This document shows positions 57,056-64,000 of a stretch of DNA of 64,000 bases, in pieces. Under the pieces are notes generated by a model that worked only from the letters and a program-made list of their open reading frames with translations, did not search any database and was not told the origin of the DNA. Origin of the DNA: Candidatus Latescibacterota bacterium. Its GTDB lineage: Bacteria > Latescibacterota > UBA2968 > UBA8231. Every line of letters begins with the position of its first letter. Within the stretch, counting starts at the first letter, position 1. The translations under genes and the position numbers were made by a program. The stretch spans positions 5,269-69,268 of the forward strand of contig CBDBIJ010000042.1 in assembly GCA_965205655.1 (NCBI GenBank), read 5' to 3'.

Positions 57056-57573
57056 TCGCGCTCCCCCGTCCGGGGCGCCGCGGCGGGCGCAAACTCCTCG
57101 AGCTCGGCGAGAATCTCGTCCACCGCCTCCATCGTCGTGCTCTCCTCGAATCCGCGCCGGGCGAGCAATTCAAACATTCGCCGCTTTGCCACCCGCTGCT
57201 CGAGTCCGGTGTATCTGCCCGCGAGGCCGCGGAGGAGGCGCAATGCGACCTCCTTGGAGCCCACCTGGTCAGCGAACCCTGCCAGCGCCGTTTCGACGAT
57301 CTCGCGATCGACTCCCTTGCGGTGCAGATCCTGTCTGAACTTTGGGGCGCCCGCCGGCCGTCGTTCGAGCCCGTATTCGATCCACCGGTGGGCGAAGGCC
57401 ATGTCGTCGAGCAACCGCTCCTGTTTCAGAGCGTCGATCACCTGGTCTACCGCCTCGACCCGGCACCCCTTGCGCGCCAGTCTGTCTCGAACCTGGCTGA
57501 CCGTGCGGTCCGTGCGACTCAGATAGGCCAGTGCCAGCTCGCGGGTTCGTTCCATTTCGTCGGAGATTGTCAC
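57052..57573 (-). CDS. recX: RecA regulator RecX
   Basis: Three-helix-repeat pattern ([23 protein letters not shown]...). Immediately downstream of recA with a 4-nt overlap. Confidence 0.75.
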   Translation of the reverse strand: MTISDEMERTRELALAYLSRTDRTVSQVRDRLARKGCRVEAVDQVIDALKQERLLDDMAFAHRWIEYGLERRPAGAPKFRQDLHRKGVDREIVETALAGFADQVGSKEVALRLLRGLAGRYTGLEQRVAKRRMFELLARRGFEESTTMEAVDEILAELEEFAPAAAPRTGERE

Positions 57574-58676
57574 TCTCGAGCCCCACTGCCTTCTTCGTTG
57601 TCGTCCGAACCCGAGTTATCGCTGTCGGCAAGCTGGCCGTTTGCCAGCCCCAGCGTTTCTCGCAGCCGTCTCTCGATCTGGCTGGCCGTCTCCTCGTGCT
57701 CGCTGAGGAAAAGTCTCGCGTTCTCCCGCCCCTGACCGAGACGCTCTCCACCATAGGAAAACCAGGTGCCGCTCTTGTCGATGAGACCGTGCTGGACGCC
57801 GATGTCCAGAAGGTCACCCTCGCGTGACACCCCGATTCTGTCTCCGTGAAAGAAGACGTCGAACTCGGCCTGCCTGTACGGCGGCGCCAGCTTGTTCTTC
57901 ACAACCTTCACCCGCGTGCGGCTGCCGATGTCCTCGTCGCCGTCCTTGATCTTGGCGACGCGCCGGATGTCCAGCCTCTGGGAGGCGTAGAAGCCGAGCG
58001 CGCGGCCTCCCGTTGTCGTCTCGGGGTTGCCGAACATGACCCCGATCTTCATACGCAGCTGGTTGATGAAGATGACGCAGGTCTTCGATCGATTGATAGA
58101 GCCGGCTAGTTTTCGCAGCGCCTGCGACATCAGTCGCGCGTGGAGCCCCATATGCGAATCGCCCATGTCGCCCTCGAGCTCCGCCTGCGGCACCAGCGCT
58201 GCCACGGAATCGAGGACGATGATGTGGAAGGCCCCGCTTCGCACCAGGGTGTCTACGATCTCGAGAGCTTGCTCGCCGCTGTCGGGCTGGGAAATGATGA
58301 GGTCGTCGACGTCGACGCCAATTCTGCGGGCGAAGGTCACGTCGAGGGCGTGCTCCGCGTCGATGAACGCCGCCGTGCCCCCCAGTTTCTGCGCCTCGCG
58401 GACGACGTGGAGAGAGATCATCGTCTTGCCGGTGCCTTCCGGCCCGTAGATCTCCACGATGCGGCCTTTGGGGAAACCGCCGATTCCCAGAGCGTAGTCG
58501 AGTGCCAGGGACCCGCTCGGGATGGACTCCACATCGACGAGGCCACCGTGCTCGCCCAGGCGCATGATGGCACCCTTGCCGTATTGCTTCTCGATCTGCG
58601 AGATGGCCAGATCGAGAGCGCCCTGGTTGCCGTTGCCGTGTTTTTTGTCGCCGCGACTCATATTTTTTCGAGCCAT
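57570..58676 (-). CDS. recA: Recombinase RecA
   Basis: Walker [34 protein letters not shown], and [11 protein letters not shown]-terminal acidic tail. Confidence 0.95.
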   Translation of the reverse strand: MARKNMSRGDKKHGNGNQGALDLAISQIEKQYGKGAIMRLGEHGGLVDVESIPSGSLALDYALGIGGFPKGRIVEIYGPEGTGKTMISLHVVREAQKLGGTAAFIDAEHALDVTFARRIGVDVDDLIISQPDSGEQALEIVDTLVRSGAFHIIVLDSVAALVPQAELEGDMGDSHMGLHARLMSQALRKLAGSINRSKTCVIFINQLRMKIGVMFGNPETTTGGRALGFYASQRLDIRRVAKIKDGDEDIGSRTRVKVVKNKLAPPYRQAEFDVFFHGDRIGVSREGDLLDIGVQHGLIDKSGTWFSYGGERLGQGRENARLFLSEHEETASQIERRLRETLGLANGQLADSDNSGSDDNEEGSGARE

Positions 58677-58762
58677 CGATTAATCCTCCAGCGTTCTCTC
58701 GTTCGCTTGGAAGAGCCACTACTCTCATTACGGCGCGCGCGCCGGAGATGCCGCCTCCCGGG

Positions 58763-59260
58763 TCACACCGCTCCCATTGTGCCCAAACTGCTACCCGCTA
58801 GCGCTAGACCGATCCGGATGGCCAACTGACCGTAGATTCCGGCGCCCACGTCATCCAGCACGATACCCCAGCCGCCCGGCAGCCGTTCCAGCATTCTCAC
58901 CGGTGGGGGCTTGACGATATCGAAGAAGCGAAAAACGACGAACCCCACCGCAGCTGTCACCCACCCGTGAGGCAGGAAGGCGACAGTCGCGAGGTAGCCC
59001 ACCGCCTCGTCGATGACGACGCGGCCCGGATCGTGGCCCCACATGCGCGCCGCCGATTCGGCCGTCGTCACGGCTACCAGAAACGCGACGACGAGCACGA
59101 CAACCCACGCGACGGTCCCAAGCGAGGAGCAGAGCAGGTAGTACCCGACCGCGGTTACGGCGCTCCCCACTGTACCGGGAGCGAGGGGAGCATAGCCGGA
59201 AAAAAAGAGGGTGGCGATTACCGTGCGAAGGGCGCCGATCCCTCGCGAGAGGAACTCCAA
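58763..59260 (-). CDS. pgpA: Phosphatidylglycerophosphatase A
   Basis: LFFSGYAPLAPGTVGSAV ... VIDEAVGY ... FRFFDIVKPPP ... GWGIVLDDVGAGIYG. The start is placed at in-frame TTG 59260 (MEFLSRG...). The 353-aa ORF in the track is an unsupported upstream extension overlapping pgsA. Confidence 0.75.
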   Translation of the reverse strand: MEFLSRGIGALRTVIATLFFSGYAPLAPGTVGSAVTAVGYYLLCSSLGTVAWVVVLVVAFLVAVTTAESAARMWGHDPGRVVIDEAVGYLATVAFLPHGWVTAAVGFVVFRFFDIVKPPPVRMLERLPGGWGIVLDDVGAGIYGQLAIRIGLALAGSSLGTMGAV

Positions 59261-59307
59261 GACCGGGCGATGCTCGTCGCTGACGTTGCGAAGCCTGAAA
59301 CGCCGCG

Positions 59308-60012
59308 CTACGGCAGCAGGCGCCGCCTCGAAAGGCGAAGCATGGGAAGAAAATAGTGTAATCCCGACAGCAGCGTAAGAAGGAGAACGGTCGCCATCAG
59401 GCCGTTGCTGAGAAAGGGAACCCAGGTCCACTCGACGGGGGGCGTCCCAGCTTCGCTGAAGCGCCCGACGGTCTCCTGAAGCCCGACGAGCAGGAGAATG
59501 ACGATCACGGTCACCAGTTGACTCATCGTCTTCCATTTCGCCAGTCGGGAAGTCTCCAGTTGGCGGCCGCGATAGGCCCCGTACATTCGCATCGCCGTTA
59601 TGAGGATGTCGCGCACCACGATAGGTACCACGAGCCAGAAGAACACGAGGCGCCACCACACCAGAGCAATCAATGCAGAGGTCACGAGAATCTTGTCTGC
59701 CAATGGGTCCATGAAGCGACCGAACTCTGTGACTTCGTCCTTGGCGCGCGCCAGCCTGCCGTCGAAGAAGTCGGTTGCGGAAGCGAGCGCGAACACGACG
59801 ACGGCAGACGTTCGCAGATACCACAGTTCGGCGAAAAGCAGCGCCAGAAACAGCGGCGTCAGCACGATGCGAGAGATCGTTAGGAGATTCGGCAGATTCA
59901 CGATGCCTCGCCTGTGCGTCTGACCCTCACCCATCTCGTCGGATCCGTCGCCTGGAGGTCGGTCGAGTTCCGACTGTGGCAGTGCGCTGACGCTGGGATT
60001 GACGTTTGTCAA
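59308..60012 (-). CDS. pgsA: CDP-diacylglycerol--glycerol-3-phosphate 3-phosphatidyltransferase
   Basis: CDP-alcohol phosphatidyltransferase motif DFFDGRLAR-x8-G-x3-DPLADK. N-terminal NLPNLLTISRI. The true start may be an internal Met (MGEGQTH...). Confidence 0.85.
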   Translation of the reverse strand: MTNVNPSVSALPQSELDRPPGDGSDEMGEGQTHRRGIVNLPNLLTISRIVLTPLFLALLFAELWYLRTSAVVVFALASATDFFDGRLARAKDEVTEFGRFMDPLADKILVTSALIALVWWRLVFFWLVVPIVVRDILITAMRMYGAYRGRQLETSRLAKWKTMSQLVTVIVILLLVGLQETVGRFSEAGTPPVEWTWVPFLSNGLMATVLLLTLLSGLHYFLPMLRLSRRRLLP

Positions 60013-60611
60013 AAGCCGTGACGCCCCTCGAGGGCGTGTGCCAGGGTCACTTTGTCGGCCAGGTCCAGATCGGATCCTACCGGTAGTCCCCTGGCGAGTC
60101 GAGTAACCGTCGTTATCGGCGACAACCTCTGTTGAATGAACTCGGCTGTCGCCTCGCCTTCGGCGCTGGCATTGTGTGCCAGAATGACCTCGGAAACCTG
60201 CCCGTTTCTGACGCGCTCCATCAGCTCCTCCAGCTTCAGGTCATTCGGACCGATGCCGTCGAGGGGGGACAGGGCCCCGCCCAGCACATGATATGTACCG
60301 TTCAAGAGCTGGCTGCGCTCCAGGACGAGGACATCGCTGGCCTCCTCGACAACGCAGATCACTCGATTGTCCCGCCGCGGGTCACGGCACACGGCGCACA
60401 GCCCCTCGCCGTGCTCCGTGAAGTTGTAGCACTGCGAACAGTGATCGATGCTGTCGCGGGCGTGAGTGATAGAGGCCGCCAACGTCGCCGCTTCCTCTCT
60501 CGGTGACTTCATCACGTGAAAAGCCAGTCGCTGTGCAGTCTTGCGGCCGATACCGGGCAGACGGGCAAAGGCGCTGATCAACTCCTCGAGTGCGGCCGGC
60601 CCCACGATCAC
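60009..60611 (-). CDS. recR: Recombination protein RecR
   Basis: HhH LPGIGRKTAQRLAFH. C4 zinc finger CSQC...CAVC. Toprim VICVVEEASDVLVLE. Confidence 0.92.
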   Translation of the reverse strand: MIVGPAALEELISAFARLPGIGRKTAQRLAFHVMKSPREEAATLAASITHARDSIDHCSQCYNFTEHGEGLCAVCRDPRRDNRVICVVEEASDVLVLERSQLLNGTYHVLGGALSPLDGIGPNDLKLEELMERVRNGQVSEVILAHNASAEGEATAEFIQQRLSPITTVTRLARGLPVGSDLDLADKVTLAHALEGRHGF

Positions 60612-62305
60612 ACCAGTTCGCCGTCGAGGGCGTCCATCACCGACCTGACGGCGGGATCTACGGGTGCGTCCGCCTCTTTCTTCCCCGCATTCGCCGGTTC
60701 GCCCTCAGCCAGACGGCAGTTGATCCTCACGGACATGCCGAGCAGTCGCTCGATGGCCTGTTCGGCGACCCCGCGATTCTTCTCGATCGATCCCATATGA
60801 AAGCTGCTCTGAGGGGAAAAGGCCAGATGCAGAACCGATCCGACGAGCTCGACCGGCGCGGCCTCCCTCAGGAATCCGCCGACCGATTGATTCGTTCGGG
60901 CGACGTCGGCAGCGATCCGATCCCATTCGGCTTTGATGCTGGCAATGTCGGGCTGCATCTGTGCGGCGGGCGACGGCGATTCGGGGCCCGCTGACTCGGT
61001 GCCCGATGATGCAGCGCCGGCCGCCGCGGCGGCCACCCGCGGCGGGCCGTTCGAATCGTCCGCAGGCGTTTCTGCTGGCCGAGCGGCCGCTGTGGGTGCG
61101 GGAGCGGACGGCCCTGGTTGATCAGGCGCCCCTGGCGCTTCCCGATGCCGCCGCTGGCTCGGGCCCTCCCCTTCTTCGAGAGCTTCGAGTCTTCCGAGGA
61201 GTCGCCCCACGTCCACGGCGGAGCCCATGCGGGCGAGTCGAACAAGCGCCATTTCCACTCGAAACCGCGGATGTAGTGATTTTCTCAAATCGGACTCCAG
61301 ATCCAGAATTGCCCTCAGAATTCGCAGAATGTCCTCTTCGGACATCTGTCCGGCTGCCTCCTCGTAGCTCGCCCTCTCGGCGTCCGCCACCTCGAGCTGG
61401 TCGGCGCGGCCCTGGACTCTCGCGTGGAGCAGGTAGCTGGCGTGCTCTGTGAAGCCGCGCACGAACTCTTCGATGTCCCCGCCCTCGTCCAGCACTCTGG
61501 CGATGATCTCCAGCACACCTCGGGCGTCGCCCGTCACGACGGCACTGCTCAACTCGAAGAACACGGTGCGATCCACCAGACCGAGTACTTGTCTGACGCC
61601 GTCGGCCGTCACCTGACCGTCTTCGAGCGATGCCACCTGATCGAGAAGACTCTCCGCATCTCGCAGAGCGCCGTCGGCGCGGTGTGCGAGTATGTAGAGG
61701 GCCTCGTCGGCCGCCGCGATTTGCTCTGCCTCGGCGATCAGCGCCAGGTGGGCGGCGATCTGCCTTGTGGGTATGCGCCTGAAATTGAACCGCTGGCAGC
61801 GGGATAGGATCGTCTCGGGGACCTGTTGTACTTCTGTCGTGGCAAAGACGAATACGACCCGCTCGGGGGGCTCCTCGAGCGTCTTGAGCAAGGCGTTGAA
61901 TGCCGCCGTGGAGAGCATATGGACTTCGTCGATGATGTAGATTTTGTAGGCACCACCGGTGGGAACGTAGCGAACGACCTCCCTCAACTCGCGAACATCG
62001 TCGACACTATTGTTGGAAGCCCCGTCGATTTCGAGGACGTCCATGCTCGTGCCCACGGCGATGCTGCTGCACGAGGGGCACGCATCGCACGGGTTGATGC
62101 CGTCTCTGTGGGCGCAGTTGAGCAGCTTGGCGAGGATCCTCGCCGTCGTCGTCTTGCCCACTCCCCGGGGACCACAGAGCAGATAGCAGTGGGCGATGCG
62201 ACCAGTGCGCACCGCGTTCCCCAGTGTCGTGGTGATATGCTCCTGCCCGACGACCTCATCGAATCGGCGCGGACGCCATTTGCGCGCTGTAACCTGATAT
62301 GTCAT
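60608..62305 (-). CDS. dnaX: DNA polymerase III subunit gamma/tau
   Basis: Walker A GPRGVGKTTTARILAK. Zinc module CDACPSC. DEVHML. SRC motif (LSRCQRF). Pro/Ala-rich linker and C-terminal domain. Confidence 0.92.
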   Translation of the reverse strand: MTYQVTARKWRPRRFDEVVGQEHITTTLGNAVRTGRIAHCYLLCGPRGVGKTTTARILAKLLNCAHRDGINPCDACPSCSSIAVGTSMDVLEIDGASNNSVDDVRELREVVRYVPTGGAYKIYIIDEVHMLSTAAFNALLKTLEEPPERVVFVFATTEVQQVPETILSRCQRFNFRRIPTRQIAAHLALIAEAEQIAAADEALYILAHRADGALRDAESLLDQVASLEDGQVTADGVRQVLGLVDRTVFFELSSAVVTGDARGVLEIIARVLDEGGDIEEFVRGFTEHASYLLHARVQGRADQLEVADAERASYEEAAGQMSEEDILRILRAILDLESDLRKSLHPRFRVEMALVRLARMGSAVDVGRLLGRLEALEEGEGPSQRRHREAPGAPDQPGPSAPAPTAAARPAETPADDSNGPPRVAAAAAGAASSGTESAGPESPSPAAQMQPDIASIKAEWDRIAADVARTNQSVGGFLREAAPVELVGSVLHLAFSPQSSFHMGSIEKNRGVAEQAIERLLGMSVRINCRLAEGEPANAGKKEADAPVDPAVRSVMDALDGELV

Positions 62306-62342
62306 AAGTGCGAGCAGTATGCCGTCGTGTTTGAAATGTAAG

Positions 62343-62619
62343 AAGGCCGTGCACCCACCCTTCGATCCAGCCCTCCGTCTCTACCGGCGCCAGTTAGCTC
62401 CGGCCAGACGGCTCTGCGGCACATGGCGCGGCGTTCCTACCGCTGCTACCTTCCGGTCCTGACGGGGTTCAGAAGCCTGCCGTTGCGCAGAATCTGACTT
62501 TCATCGCCACTTCTCGCCAGTCGAACACGGAGCAGCGAGGACCTCGGGACGGGAATTCGATCCCGCTATAGCGGATTGCGGGTACAGGGCACCGCTACCT
62601 CCCCATCTAGCACGACCTC
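62343..62619 (-). ncRNA. ffs: Signal recognition particle RNA, long (Bacillus-type) form with Alu domain
   Basis: The minus strand contains the S-domain core GUCAGGACCGGAAGGUAGCAGC and an Alu-type 5' domain GGGGAGGUAGCGGUGCCCUGUACCCGCAAUCCGCUAUAGCGGG. 5' GGUCGUGC pairs with 3' GCACGGCC. Lies immediately upstream of dnaX (classical ffs-dnaX-recR synteny). The ends are approximate, within a few nt. Confidence 0.85.
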
Positions 62620-62647
62620 ATCCTCGTTGGCGATACAAAACGAACGG

Positions 62648-62720
62648 TGGAGCAGATGGGGATCGAACCCACGACCTCCAGATTGCGAACCTAGCGCTCT
62701 CCCAACTGAGCTACTGCCCC
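62648..62720 (-). tRNA. tRNA-Ala (anticodon CGC)
   Basis: Reverse complement GGGGCAGTAGCTCAGTTGGGAGAGCGCTAGGTTCGCAATCTGGAGGTCGTGGGTTCGATCCCCATCTGCTCCA folds as a cloverleaf. G3:U70 Ala identity pair. Anticodon loop TTCGCAA. CCA not encoded. Confidence 0.9.
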
Positions 62721-62746
62721 ACGACATCCCTTCGATATCGATTTAC

Positions 62747-62837
62747 TGGCGGAGAGAGTGGGATTCGAACCCACGGTAGCGTTTTGCGCTACACACGATT
62801 TCCAGTCGTGCACCTTCGGCCACTCGGTCATCTCTCC
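62747..62837 (-). tRNA. tRNA-Ser (anticodon GGA), CCA encoded
   Basis: Reverse complement GGAGAGATGACCGAGTGGCCGAAGGTGCACGACTGGAAATCGTGTGTAGCGCAAAACGCTACCGTGGGTTCGAATCCCACTCTCTCCGCCA. Long variable arm. Anticodon loop CTGGAAA. Confidence 0.9.
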
Positions 62838-62913
62838 AAACTGAGTTTCCCCTGACTCAATGGAGAGGGGCGACCATTCGGCAACGACTGCCGGGCCGGC
62901 TCGCACAATCAAA

Positions 62914-62930
62914 TACTGGCGGAGAGGGTG
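62914..62930. repeat. Duplicate of the tRNA-Ser 3' end (candidate att core)
   Basis: tactggcggagagggtg (62914-62930) matches tactggcggagagagtg (62744-62760) at 16/17. The latter comprises the tRNA-Ser acceptor 3' strand, the CCA and 3 trailing nt. Same orientation. No T-arm or other tRNA parts follow it. Confidence 0.6.
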
Positions 62931-63024
62931 ACCACCAATATAGGGTTTCGCATCGTCCCAGGTGATCCCGCAAGATCCCACCTTACCTGATCAGGTTCAA
63001 CGAGTTAGCTTCGATTGAAGTTTC

Positions 63025-63053
63025 TTGACGTTTCATGAGCGATTGCGTAGTAT
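63025..63053 (+). promoter_or_regulatory. Sigma-70-like promoter candidate upstream of the integrase
   Basis: TTGACG (63025-63030), a 17-nt spacer, then TAGTAT (63048-63053). Followed by a GGGAGGAG RBS (63073-63080) and ATG 63086. The consensus used is the E. coli-type, so applicability to this lineage is unknown. Confidence 0.35.
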
Positions 63054-63085
63054 CTCCCAAAATAGTGATAACGGGAGGAGTAATT

Positions 63086-64000
63086 ATGAACCGTCCGAAG
63101 CAATTGAGCGCGACTTTCGTAAAGACCGTGAACCGGCCAGGGCGTTACGGCGATGGCCGGGGCGGGTATGGGCTCAGTCCCTGCTTGTGAAAGCCGAACT
63201 TCAACGGGCAGGCTGAGCAAAACCTGGAGCTCAGAAGAATACGGATCGAACGGCGAGGCGTTCAACATCGGGCTCGGGGCCCTGGCCGGTGGTGTACGCT
63301 GTCTCAAAGAGGCTCGCGCGGCGGCCTTGGAGAATCGCCGGGCGGTTGCGCAAGGGCGCGACCCTCGGGACCGGTCCGGTGGGGTTCCGACTTTCGCGCA
63401 AGCCGTCGAGAAGGTAATCGCAATCCACGAACCGACGTGGAGGGACGGCGCCCGGTCCGCCGCAATCTGGCGGGCCTCCCTGCGCGACTACGCCATGCCG
63501 AGACTCGGGCGCAAGCCGGTGAGCGAGATCACGACGGCGGACGTGCTGGCCGTGCTGGTGCCGATCTGGTCAGAGAAGCGGGAGACGGCGAGGCGGGTTC
63601 GGCAGCGGATCGGAGCGGTCATGAAGTGGGCGGTGGCCGAGGGACACCGCGAGGACAATCCGGCCGGCGATGCCATCGGCGCGGCCCTGCCGAAGGGCGG
63701 CGGCCAGCAGAAGCACCAGAGGGCGCTGCCGCATGCCGAGGTCGGGGAGGCTCTGCGCAAGGTGCGGGGGTCGAAGGCGTGGCCGGCGACGAAGCTGGCT
63801 TTCGAGTTCTTGGTGCTGACGGCGGCGCGTAGCGGGGAAGTTCGGGGCGCACGATGGACCGAGATCGACTTAGAGGCGCGTACCTGGACCGTGCCGGCCG
63901 ACCGGATCAAGGCGGGCCGGGAGCACCGGGTGCCGCTGTCGCGTCGAGCGCTCGAAGTGCTGGCCGAGGTGCGGGAGCTGGCGGATTCCTCGGGGCTGAT
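63086..64000 (+). pseudogene. Tyrosine recombinase/integrase (P4-like, DUF4102-type N-terminus), N-terminal region frame-disrupted; 3' end outside the window
   Basis: ATG 63086 encodes MNRPKQLSATFVKTVNRPGRYGDGRGGYGLS, then stops at 63188-63190. The catalytic body is open in frame 3 from 63153 to the window end (...GRLSKTWS...LKEARAAALENRRAVAQGRDP...FEFLVLTAARSGEVRGARWTEIDLEARTWTVPADRIKAGREHRVPLSRRALEVL). This frame is not listed in the ORF track because it has no stop within the window. Confidence 0.75.

Noticed and set aside
59261-59824. Upstream extension of the pgpA ORF (353-aa version).
   Set aside because: It overlaps pgsA out of frame, has an Arg-rich composition and shows no PgpA similarity. 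PgpA-like sequence starts near TTG 59260.
60608-62305. Programmed -1 frameshift site in dnaX (as in E. coli tau/gamma).
   Set aside because: No A-AAA-AAG-type slippery heptamer with a downstream hairpin was seen in the linker region.
62560-62625. tRNA-like T-arm (gggaattcgatccc) and GGGGAGG 5' end, suggesting a third tRNA or tmRNA-like gene.
   Set aside because: No consistent acceptor, D or anticodon stems could be drawn. The segment aligns instead with the Alu domain of long SRP RNAs and pairs with the 3' end at 62345-62352.
63437-63832. 131-aa ORF and the antisense ORFs 63488..63910 / 63619..63852.
   Set aside because: They are out-of-frame or antisense shadows of the integrase body, with Arg/Gly/Ala-rich composition. 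The integrase frame (open to the window end) carries the recognisable recombinase motifs.

Overview
Visibly GC-rich bacterial chromosomal segment with diderm-type gene content. It has Kdo phosphatase, Omp85/FadL-like barrels and many lipobox lipoproteins. The lineage cannot be fixed by eye. A PorX-like receiver-PglZ regulator next to tsaE, a GGGPS/PcrB homolog and several 'NPAGLA'-type barrels are reminiscent of FCB-group or uncultivated phyla; this is inference only.

Gene order:
- ileS-dksA-like-lspA-rluD.
- An envelope block: NlpC/P60, GT-C-like glycosyltransferase, TPR lipoprotein, a peptidase-MA/TolB-propeller/Omp85 fusion and other lipoproteins.
- A minus-strand operon: histidine kinase, receiver-PglZ regulator, tsaE and two beta-barrels.
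- Flagellin plus bactofilin, then a 2-phosphoglycerate-kinase-like ATP-cone protein.
- tal-zwf-kdsC, an IS256-family copy, glyA and an FGGY kinase.
- A Rieske/cytochrome b/pentaheme cytochrome c operon whose b and c genes are frame-disrupted.
- hemH, an esterase, a GH78-like protein and degP.
- A lipoprotein + barrel pair.
- A 4.3-kb IS cluster: an IS1380-family element interrupted by an IS256-family element, plus a frameshifted IS30.
- A long minus-strand housekeeping run: metK, ptsI, ptsH, PHP phosphatase, GGGPS/PcrB, alaS, recX, recA, pgpA, pgsA, recR, dnaX.
- A long Alu-domain SRP RNA, tRNA-Ala(CGC) and tRNA-Ser(GGA).
- At the right edge, a duplicated tRNA-Ser 3' end followed by a disrupted tyrosine integrase, which is probably an island boundary.

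No CRISPR array, rRNA or recognisable defence system was seen.

A recurring feature is at least eight coding-frame disruptions, all in the +1 direction. These are either assembly insertion errors or real pseudogenes.
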